Source: Anaerolineae bacterium
GTDB taxonomy: Bacteria; Chloroflexota; Anaerolineae; UBA1429
Assembly: GCA_963675785.1 (NCBI GenBank)
Contig: OY776562.1
Coordinates: 1,824,001 to 1,888,000, forward strand
Direction of reading: 5' to 3'
Length of the DNA stretch: 64,000 bases
Shown here one piece after another: positions 7,734-15,915 of the stretch; the stretch's first letter is position 1, and each line of letters begins with the position of its first letter. The notes beneath the pieces were generated by a model. It was not told where the DNA came from and did no database searches. It was given only the letters and a program-made list of their open reading frames with translations. A program made the position numbers and the translations under genes.

Positions 7734-9413
7734 ATGGCTGGACGCGATTTACCCTTTTTGCATGTTATGACCAATCAAGGCTCACCACTTGTTCAAATCG
7801 CGGGCATGAGCCCGGAGCTTGAAGAGCAAATAGCCCTGCATCCTTTTCTGGGCGACTATTTATCCCAGGTGCCTATAGAGGAGATCGGGGTACCTGAATA
7901 CTATGAGCAGGTTAGTCGTTCTCTGGGGAAAACGTCCTATCACAATTTCATCTACCCCACTGATGATGGATTATTCGTACACATTTATCCGAATCCTCTG
8001 GGAGGACGCGATTATTGGGTTCCTATAGAACCAGACCTGACACTTGATCTGACAGGGGTTACTGAAGATCTGGAAGCGTTATTGGTGGATTATGCCGAAG
8101 ATATTGGCATGGCCGAAGACCCGGATGAAAAGAAAGCCCTGCTTTTGCAGGCTGTTGATGAGATATGCACGCTGAATCCTACCGAAGCTGAATACCGCTT
8201 GTTGGTAACAGAGCGAGAGCTTGAAGGTCTCAAATATCACGTCGTACGTGACAAGATTGGTTTGGGAACTCTGCAACCCCTCATCTCTGACCCATATATT
8301 GAAGATATTAGCTGCAGCGGCATTGGTCCGGTGTTTGTAGAACACAAGGTCTTTAAGAGCCTACAGTCGTCCATTACCTTTGAAACGATGGATGAACTCG
8401 ACGACTTTGTAGTGTGGTTGGGAGAGTGCATCAAACGGCCCGTTACTGTGCGTAACCCCATTGTGGACGCTGTACTGCCAGACGGCTCTCGTATCAATAT
8501 CGTGTATGGACGTGAGATTGCTACACGAGGCAGTAACTTTACCATCAGAAAATTCTCGGATACGCCGATCAGCATTCTGGAATTGATCGACTTTGGCACG
8601 CTCAACTATGACATGGCCGCCTACCTCTCGCTCATTCTGGAGGAAGGTTTGAACATGTTTGTCGTCGGCGCTACGGCCTCTGGCAAAACCACTACGCTCA
8701 ACGCGCTGACCACATTCATTCTGCCTGATGCCAAAGTCGTCACCATCGAAGATACGCCCGAAGTCAAAATCCCACATGGAAACTGGTGCCGAGAAGTTAC
8801 GCGAGCATCGGGCAATGGCGATACAAAAGCCGCTGGCGTCGATATGTTCGAATTGCTCAGAGCAGCCCTACGACAACGCCCCGACCGTATCATCGTCGGC
8901 GAGATCCGTGGCGCAGAAGGGGCAACCGCCTTTCAGGCCATGCAGACTGGCCACGGTGTCATGGCAACCTTTCACGCCTCATCAGTCATCAAACTGGTAC
9001 AGCGTTTGACGGGTAGCCCCATCAATATTCCCAAAACATATATGGATAACCTGCATGTAGCCCTTATTCAGAGCGCAGTGCGAGGACCAGACGGCCGTAT
9101 GGCCAGGCGCGTAACAAGCATCAACGAGATCCTGGGGTACGATCCGGTCTCTGAAAGTTTTTCGTTCATTGAGGTTTTCCGCTGGAACTCGGCCAACGAT
9201 ACATTCGAGTTTCCCGGGAACATGAACAGCTTTTTACTTGAGGATGTCATTGCCCTCAAGCGCGGCTTGCCGCCCAACCGCCGTAAAGAAATCTATGACG
9301 AGATTCGCAAACGAGCGAGGATTTTCAGACGCCTTCACGAAGATAGAGGTATAAGTTCCTTTGACGACTTTTTCCGTGTCCTCTCAGAAGCACACCGACA
9401 AGGTCTCCTCTGA
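7734..9413 (+). CDS. arlI: Archaellum motor ATPase ArlI (FlaI)
   Basis: DPYIEDISCSG, Walker A GATASGKTT, Asp box TIEDTPE, Walker B IIVGEIRG and His box QTGHGVMATFHA. Confidence 0.95.
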   Translation: MAGRDLPFLHVMTNQGSPLVQIAGMSPELEEQIALHPFLGDYLSQVPIEEIGVPEYYEQVSRSLGKTSYHNFIYPTDDGLFVHIYPNPLGGRDYWVPIEPDLTLDLTGVTEDLEALLVDYAEDIGMAEDPDEKKALLLQAVDEICTLNPTEAEYRLLVTERELEGLKYHVVRDKIGLGTLQPLISDPYIEDISCSGIGPVFVEHKVFKSLQSSITFETMDELDDFVVWLGECIKRPVTVRNPIVDAVLPDGSRINIVYGREIATRGSNFTIRKFSDTPISILELIDFGTLNYDMAAYLSLILEEGLNMFVVGATASGKTTTLNALTTFILPDAKVVTIEDTPEVKIPHGNWCREVTRASGNGDTKAAGVDMFELLRAALRQRPDRIIVGEIRGAEGATAFQAMQTGHGVMATFHASSVIKLVQRLTGSPINIPKTYMDNLHVALIQSAVRGPDGRMARRVTSINEILGYDPVSESFSFIEVFRWNSANDTFEFPGNMNSFLLEDVIALKRGLPPNRRKEIYDEIRKRARIFRRLHEDRGISSFDDFFRVLSEAHRQGLL

Positions 9414-10887
9414 AGCAGAGGAGATACATGCGGCACAAAACGAGAGCTACTCTGCTTTTCAGTTCTACTACCAGCTGATTTACATGTCGGCTGTCGCAGC
9501 GGCGGGGCTTTCGCGCAACCAGGTGTTTGACCTGGGAGCCAAGCTTAATTGTGTGGTAGCACCCTATTTTGCCGACGTTCAAACCCTGGTAAGTAGTCTG
9601 CATTATGACTACCCACGGGCCTGCCGTGTGGTAGGTGGCCGCTGCAAAGAGACTGACGTTGCCAGTTTTTTGCTGCGCCTTTCCGATGCACTAGAAGCTG
9701 GGGAGAGCCTTCCGGGATTTCTAACTCACGAGGCTGGAGTGCAACGCAATGTTTATGTGAACGAATATGAGCGCAATCTGGATTCGATGCGAAAATGGAC
9801 CGACGCTTATGCATCGCTCATCGTTTCCATGGCGTTGATTGTGATCATCAATCTCGTTTCAACCATGATCTACGATATGGGCAATACTTTGATGATGCTC
9901 TTTGTAGGTACAGCCTGCCTGTTCAGTGCAGGCGGCGCCTGGGTAGTTACCCGTTCAACACCGCGAGAAAGACTAGCTCTTTGTGAAGGCCCCGGCTCGG
10001 AGGAACAGCAACGTATTCGACAAATGGGCACGATCGCACTTCCCATAGCGCTGGTAGGCTCGCTGATACTGGGGTTAATTCATGCTGGATGGGGTTGGGT
10101 AATGATTTTTACAGCATTGGTAACAGCTGTACCCGGCCTATTGGCATGGCAGTCAGAATCCCGCCGCATCCGCAAAGAAAAAGAATTCTCAGCCTTTATG
10201 CGATCGCTGGGAAGCATGGCCAGCTCCACAGGAACCACAGTCTCTGAAGCTCTGACACGCATGGATCTCAACTCGTTTCCAACACTGGCTCCTGACGTGC
10301 TTAGGCTATCGAGTCGTTTGAAGGCACGTATTGCGCCCCAGGTATGCTGGAATCATCTTGTTCAGGAGACAGGAAGCCAGCTCATCAATTATGGTGTGCG
10401 CGTATTTGTCGATGCGGTGATTCTGGGCGGGGACCCAAAAGAAACCAGTACACTCTGTTCGCAATTCATCTCGCAGACAACCATGCTTCGTGAAAAACGT
10501 GCTGCTATTTCTTCTTCGTTTAGCGGTTTGGCCATCATCATGCATGCCATTTTGGCAGTTTTACTGCTGCTCATTTTAAACATCGTGCTCAGTTTCAGAA
10601 GTCTTGTTTCCAGTTACATGGATGAGAATCTGTCAGCAGACATGATCAGCTCTATCAACATCCCTTTGATGAGCTTTGACGGCTCTCAGCTTGCTCTGGT
10701 ATCCACACTGACCATCGGAATGACGCTTTTTCTGGTGTTTGTCGATGCAGGTGCGCTTATTGGGACGGATGGCGGATTCAAGCCCAAAGCACTCGCCTAC
10801 TATGCTGTGGTCGCTGCATTAACAGGTATATGTTTCTTTGTTATTCCGCCAATGATTCAGTCCGTCATGTTGCAGGCAATTGCCTAG
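9361..10887 (+). CDS. arlJ: Archaellum membrane platform protein ArlJ (FlaJ)
   Basis: YMSAVAAAGLSR, YERNLDSMRKWTDAY.SL, multiple TMs and two T2SSF-like domains. Start uncertain (TTG 9361 or GTG 9376, both overlapping arlI). Confidence 0.9.
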   Translation: MTTFSVSSQKHTDKVSSEAEEIHAAQNESYSAFQFYYQLIYMSAVAAAGLSRNQVFDLGAKLNCVVAPYFADVQTLVSSLHYDYPRACRVVGGRCKETDVASFLLRLSDALEAGESLPGFLTHEAGVQRNVYVNEYERNLDSMRKWTDAYASLIVSMALIVIINLVSTMIYDMGNTLMMLFVGTACLFSAGGAWVVTRSTPRERLALCEGPGSEEQQRIRQMGTIALPIALVGSLILGLIHAGWGWVMIFTALVTAVPGLLAWQSESRRIRKEKEFSAFMRSLGSMASSTGTTVSEALTRMDLNSFPTLAPDVLRLSSRLKARIAPQVCWNHLVQETGSQLINYGVRVFVDAVILGGDPKETSTLCSQFISQTTMLREKRAAISSSFSGLAIIMHAILAVLLLLILNIVLSFRSLVSSYMDENLSADMISSINIPLMSFDGSQLALVSTLTIGMTLFLVFVDAGALIGTDGGFKPKALAYYAVVAALTGICFFVIPPMIQSVMLQAIA

Positions 10888-10895
10888 GGGGCACA

Positions 10896-12014
10896 ATGAT
10901 CATTCAGTCTCTCAAAAAGCAATGGTTCATCATACTGCTCGGCTTGATCCTTACACTGATTCCAACACGTATCGCGTTGGGGCAGACACCCAATCACGAA
11001 TCAGCACTAGTAAGTGGTGATACACTTGAAGTGCTTACAGATGTGGTACAGGCTTATCAGACCGACGGTGATTTGCTTGAGGCCATGCGTTCGCTGGATA
11101 CCTGGGACACGGATGTGCTCCTTGTAGCCATTGGAGCACTTGAAAATGACGAGTCTGATGCCAAGCTTGCCGAAACAGCAGCCACTCTGCATAAAGAGCT
11201 TTTGCTTCCGGACGATACAATCCAGATTGGCGATCTCTTGAAAAAAACACCAATCACTCTGGTTCTGGCTCTATCTATTGGGCTCCTTGCCGTCGGAAGC
11301 ATACTGCTCATGCTGCCACAAAAGGTCGTATCACATGCGGTATTACATGCTGATGCCTTTACTCAGAGGGTCAGCGAAGCCAGAACCGATCTTAAGACTG
11401 CTGCCAACAATCCTCAAAATGACTCTGAAGATAACCTCGATGACCTAATCGGCAGCATTGCAGAGATAGGCGAAAGCGTAGATAATGACAAAGGTTTGCT
11501 CTCTGAAACGGCCAGTGGTTCAATCAAACCTGAAAGCGAGAACCAAGAACCCACTGAAAATGAGGCCGACGAAAGCAGCTCCCGTGCTGTAACCACTGTC
11601 AAGCTTGATGCTGAGCAAGCCCCACACGTTGTCCAAGCGGACAAAGTGGGTAAGACGGAACAGACCAGTGAGATCAAGCCCTCGGCGACGCCGGAAACTG
11701 TGCCCGCGACTCCATCTCAACAGCTCCAGAGCCAGGATTCGGGGGCAGCCGACGCTGCTGCAAGTGCAGGGAGCAGCCAACAGGGGATCGCTAGCAGTAC
11801 AAGTGCACCCGAAGTAGCTCCCCAGGAGCCTTCTGCAAAAGACAATGTTGCAGCGTTGCTCGAGGACGTATTCTCGGATGATGAACAAGGGTCAGAAGAT
11901 CTCAAGATACTCGATGAAGGATTGGAAGACATCGAGATGACCCAGATGATCAAGACTATGCTCGAACTTAGCCGGCGACTAAGAGAACTCAACAGAGCAG
12001 AGCAATCTGTTTGA
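10896..12014 (+). CDS. Unknown membrane protein of the archaellum operon (signal peptide, small external domain, TM, long acidic low-complexity tail)
   Basis: Hydrophobic N-terminus ending IALG/Q, a second TM ITLVLALSIGLLAVGSILLML, a D/E/S/T-rich tail and an amphipathic C-terminal helix. Starts 8 nt after arlJ. Confidence 0.7.
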   Translation: MIIQSLKKQWFIILLGLILTLIPTRIALGQTPNHESALVSGDTLEVLTDVVQAYQTDGDLLEAMRSLDTWDTDVLLVAIGALENDESDAKLAETAATLHKELLLPDDTIQIGDLLKKTPITLVLALSIGLLAVGSILLMLPQKVVSHAVLHADAFTQRVSEARTDLKTAANNPQNDSEDNLDDLIGSIAEIGESVDNDKGLLSETASGSIKPESENQEPTENEADESSSRAVTTVKLDAEQAPHVVQADKVGKTEQTSEIKPSATPETVPATPSQQLQSQDSGAADAAASAGSSQQGIASSTSAPEVAPQEPSAKDNVAALLEDVFSDDEQGSEDLKILDEGLEDIEMTQMIKTMLELSRRLRELNRAEQSV

Positions 12015-12024
12015 TAGGAGCCAC

Positions 12025-13611
12025 ATGCCAGCCAGAAGTGGTAGCGGCCAACCCCAGATTAAGAATTCACCCACGCGATCGAAAAAAGAGCGCGCGGGTC
12101 TCTTGTTGATTCTGGCCGGGCTTGTTGTGCTGGCATTGCCGTTCTACCTTGTTTACAATACATTATCGGGGCGTGAACAAGAAGCAGCCATAGAGATTGA
12201 GACACTGGCAACAGCTTTGAACGCTACTGCCACACCCGATTCGCAAATAGAAACCCTTGAGGCTCAGCTGGAAGTTGCACAAGCAAATCGTGATGCTCTC
12301 ATTACAATTACCAATGAGCTGAATGCGCAAACGGATGCCTGGCCGGAAATTCTGAACGCCCTGGCCAATTATGATGCGACGCAGCTGCGCCTTGAGGAAA
12401 TCAGTCAATCCGAATCGCAAATCGTTCTACAGGGCTCTGCCGTAAATGATCAAGTTGTTATGGACTATACCCAGAACCTGCAAGACTCGTCTTGTTTTGA
12501 GCGTGTGGTCATACAATCGATACAGGTTGTAGAAAAAGCTTTCGTCCAAGAAGCTGCCTCGACGGCTACACCGGCAGTAGTTAACAGATCTACCGCAACA
12601 AGTACACCCGTGGCCACAACCACAACCACCGCCACTGTCCTCCCTGAGGGCGATGCCTACGAGCAAGATGATACGACGCCTAATGATATTTATCCCGATA
12701 AAGCCCAAGAGCATACGTTTTATCCACCTTATGACGTCGACCTTGTGCAATTCCTGGCAAAATCAGGACGTTATTACCGCGTCTATACAACCGATCTGGA
12801 ACCCGGCGTAGATACCAGTCTCACCATTACGCTGGGAGATCAGATTTATGTCAATGATGACCGCAGCAACGGAGATCTGAGCTCAGAGCTCGTCATTGCT
12901 GTCCCAGCGGGTACGGATGTGGAAGCGCTCGTCCAGATAACGAACAGAGGACAGTACGGGACTACCCAAAGCTATGTCATCGTCGTCGAAGAGATTTTGG
13001 CGAGCACCAGCACGCCCACACCAGAGACGACAGCGACACCGCAGGCCACAGCCACTCCGGCCAGCGCTGCCACAGCGCGACCAACTTATGGACTCGAAGA
13101 TGTGTATGAGCCAGATGATTATGATGCCGCTGAATTGGTCGTTGGGCAATCACAAATTCGCACTTTTTCACCGGAAAAAGACATCGATCAGGTTGTATTC
13201 CAGGCGCTTCCCTCTCACCGTTATGAGATAGCAACATCCTGGTTATATCCGGATGTAGATACCAGCCTGGTTGTATATGTTGGTGAAGTAGCATACACAA
13301 ACGACGACTGCAGCAATGGGGAAGCTAGATCCTGCATCACCATAGATATACCGGCAGGAGAAACCACTCTTGTTACAGTAAAAGTCACCAACAACGGCAC
13401 ATTTGGCCCTGGGCAGCTTTACACACTGGGTGTGACAGATATGGGCATCTATAACACATCGATGAACAATCGCGAAGCACGCAAGTCCGATGTCGAGCAA
13501 GTGCACTTTGTGCAAACAGCTACATCCGCGTCGCACAAGCTCAAACCAGCCAGTGAAACCACCACGTCAGTGCAATTCTCCATTTTGCTCATTATTGAGG
13601 AATCCGAGTGA
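12025..13611 (+). CDS. PilN-domain protein with two tandem beta-rich repeat domains
   Basis: TM plus coiled coil, then WPEILNAL...LRLEEISQ...IVLQGSA....VMDY..NL..S..F..V (PilN pattern), T/P-rich linkers and two D.YE.DD...DVD/DID...VDTSL repeats. Confidence 0.75.
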   Translation: MPARSGSGQPQIKNSPTRSKKERAGLLLILAGLVVLALPFYLVYNTLSGREQEAAIEIETLATALNATATPDSQIETLEAQLEVAQANRDALITITNELNAQTDAWPEILNALANYDATQLRLEEISQSESQIVLQGSAVNDQVVMDYTQNLQDSSCFERVVIQSIQVVEKAFVQEAASTATPAVVNRSTATSTPVATTTTTATVLPEGDAYEQDDTTPNDIYPDKAQEHTFYPPYDVDLVQFLAKSGRYYRVYTTDLEPGVDTSLTITLGDQIYVNDDRSNGDLSSELVIAVPAGTDVEALVQITNRGQYGTTQSYVIVVEEILASTSTPTPETTATPQATATPASAATARPTYGLEDVYEPDDYDAAELVVGQSQIRTFSPEKDIDQVVFQALPSHRYEIATSWLYPDVDTSLVVYVGEVAYTNDDCSNGEARSCITIDIPAGETTLVTVKVTNNGTFGPGQLYTLGVTDMGIYNTSMNNREARKSDVEQVHFVQTATSASHKLKPASETTTSVQFSILLIIEESE

Positions 13612-14519
13612 AGCGCAAGAAACGCTGGATAGACACCATTCCGTGGGCCAATATACGCTACAGTCTGCCCACCATGGCCATAGCCTTGTTGGCTATGGGC
13701 TATCTTATAGCTGCCATGATGATTCTTTTGCCGCAATGGCAATCAGTCAATAGTTTGATTGCGGAGATCAATCAGGATCGCGATGAACTCTTGAGCATTC
13801 GCCGTAATGCGCTCGAGTTGCCGGGCAAATTGGATGACGAAATCTCTGCAGCCAAGGCACAACTGGATACATTGCGCCAAAGCCTGATGGACCGAGACAC
13901 CGCTGCTGCTCTTCTCGACCAGCTTTATGTGATCTCTTTGGGGAACGATGCTCAAATCGTTGATCTGCAAAGCCAGCCATCGCCTGAAGTAAATAAAGAA
14001 GCCATGTATGACATCAGCAGTTTCAAGGTCAATGTACAGGGCAACGTCAAAGACATTCTGGCGTTCTTGAGGCAAGTTGAGGCTATCAGTGCTGGCACCG
14101 CGACACAGATCGGCGAATTTGAAATAGCCTCTACGGATGAAACCGATCTATCGCTGCTCTCATTTACCATGACGCTCTATACACGCACCGATCAGACAGA
14201 GATGACACCTTTGGTATCAAATGTATCAGAAGATACCGAACAGGATACGGAAGACACAGAGCTTTTGGAGAAACCAGAGGATTGGCCATCCGATTGGTCC
14301 TGGCCACCCAGCTCTCCGCTTTTGGATGACCAAACCGAGACAACGTCGATAGCAATCCCTCAAAGCTATATCAGCCACACCATCGCTGAGGGAGAGACCT
14401 TGTTGGGTATCGCCCTACAATACGGCGTATCTGCCGAGGTGATTTCACAACTGAACGGGCTCGACGTCCGTGCATTTGTCATTGGGGATACCCTACAGAT
14501 CCCTGTCTACGCCCAATAG
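13608..14519 (+). CDS. PilO-like protein with C-terminal LysM domain
   Basis: TM plus coiled coil, then F.V.VQG....ILAFL..VE (PilO/GspM pattern). C-terminal HTIAEGETLLGIALQYGVS...I..LNGL......GDTL.IP is a LysM domain. GTGA overlap with the upstream gene. Confidence 0.78.
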   Translation: MKRKKRWIDTIPWANIRYSLPTMAIALLAMGYLIAAMMILLPQWQSVNSLIAEINQDRDELLSIRRNALELPGKLDDEISAAKAQLDTLRQSLMDRDTAAALLDQLYVISLGNDAQIVDLQSQPSPEVNKEAMYDISSFKVNVQGNVKDILAFLRQVEAISAGTATQIGEFEIASTDETDLSLLSFTMTLYTRTDQTEMTPLVSNVSEDTEQDTEDTELLEKPEDWPSDWSWPPSSPLLDDQTETTSIAIPQSYISHTIAEGETLLGIALQYGVSAEVISQLNGLDVRAFVIGDTLQIPVYAQ

Positions 14520-14639
14520 ACCTCAGCATTACTTGCCCACTCTCACCCTCTATATAGCACTTGCTCACAGTTGCCTTTTCGTGCATAGTGCTGATGTTAT
14601 GCTTTACGGTCCCATATGTACGAATATTTGGAGGATGAT

Positions 14640-15824
14640 ATGAAAAACTTTGATTTCATTTCGCCAACCAGGATTATTTTCGGTAAGGGCGTTGAAAAGC
14701 AGACCGGCGAGATCACAGCCCAATATACTGATAAAGTGTTGCTCGTGTATGGCGGCGGCTCTGTGAAAAAGTACGGCCTGTATGACACAGTTGTAAATGG
14801 GTTGAATAAAGCGGGCGTCGAGTATTTCGAATTAGCCGGTGTCGAACCTAATCCGCGCCTCTCTCTAGTCCATAAGGGTATCGATATCTGCCGCAAAGAA
14901 GGTATCGGCTTTATTCTGGCCGTTGGTGGAGGCAGCGTTATCGATACATCCAAAGCCATTGCTGCAGGCGTACTGTATGATGGTGATGTGTGGGACTTTT
15001 TCATCCCTCGGCAGATCATGCCCAAGGCGCTTCCAGTTGGTGTCGTGCTGACCATTCCCGCTGCTGGTAGTGAAGCCAGTGATAGTGTAGTGATCACCAA
15101 GGTAGACGAGGACGGTTGGCGCAAGATGGGTTCGGGTGGAGATGCCGTACGACCGGTGTTCGCCATCATGAACCCCGAACTCACTTATACGCTACCACCC
15201 TACCAGACAGCAGCCGGAGCCACAGACATGTTCCTCCATGTGCTCGAACGATATTTCACCAACCCCAAGAATGTTGAATTGACCGATCGTCTGTGCGAGT
15301 CAATCATGAAGACCGTCGTCAACAATGCGGGCAAGGTCCTGGCCAATCCCACCGATTACGACGCTCGGGCCGAAATCATGTGGTGCGGCACACTAGCCCA
15401 CAACGGCCTAGTAGGTACCGGCCGCGAGCCAGATTTCGCTTCTCATGGGATCGAACATGAACTCTCGGCGCTGTACGATGTGACTCATGGTGCAGGATTG
15501 GCAGTTATTTGCCCGGCCTGGATGAAGTACGTGTACAAACACGACATTCCACGTTTCGCTCAATTTGCCAACAGGGTTTTTGACATTGAAATCGACCCAT
15601 TTGACCTAGAAACTACGGCCCTCAAAGGCATTGCAGCGTTTGAGGGTTGGCTGCGCTCTATCGGGATGCCCACTACTGCCGAAGAGCTGGGCGTTGACGA
15701 ATCCAAATTTGAATACATGGCCTCTTGTGCAACTGCGAACGATACTCGCAAAGTGGGGAATTTCGTCCCTCTTGATAAGAATGGTGTGTTCTCCATATTT
15801 ATGTTAACGCGTGCCAACGGGTAA
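14640..15824 (+). CDS. Iron-containing alcohol dehydrogenase (BdhA/YqhD-like)
   Basis: GGGSV, VEPNP, AVGGGSVID, TIPAAGSE and His ligands H.IEH...THGAGL. Confidence 0.93.
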   Translation: MKNFDFISPTRIIFGKGVEKQTGEITAQYTDKVLLVYGGGSVKKYGLYDTVVNGLNKAGVEYFELAGVEPNPRLSLVHKGIDICRKEGIGFILAVGGGSVIDTSKAIAAGVLYDGDVWDFFIPRQIMPKALPVGVVLTIPAAGSEASDSVVITKVDEDGWRKMGSGGDAVRPVFAIMNPELTYTLPPYQTAAGATDMFLHVLERYFTNPKNVELTDRLCESIMKTVVNNAGKVLANPTDYDARAEIMWCGTLAHNGLVGTGREPDFASHGIEHELSALYDVTHGAGLAVICPAWMKYVYKHDIPRFAQFANRVFDIEIDPFDLETTALKGIAAFEGWLRSIGMPTTAEELGVDESKFEYMASCATANDTRKVGNFVPLDKNGVFSIFMLTRANG

Positions 15825-15836
15825 TCAGCAACAAAC

Positions 15837-15874
15837 AAAGAGGGCAAGCTCAATGAGCCTGCCCTCTTTTCTTT
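15837..15874. terminator. Intrinsic terminator between convergent genes
   Basis: AAAGAGGGCAAGCTC-aat-GAGCCTGCCCTCTTTT. Confidence 0.8.
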
Positions 15875-15915
15875 GCCTGATTTCAGTATCGATGCATGTA
15901 GATGCTACGCTCGCC

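Noticed and set aside
7734-10887. Tad pilus, T2SS or conjugative ATPase/platform interpretation
   Set aside because: The accompanying archaellin, ArlF/G and ArlH, and the FlaI/FlaJ-specific motifs, indicate an archaellum.
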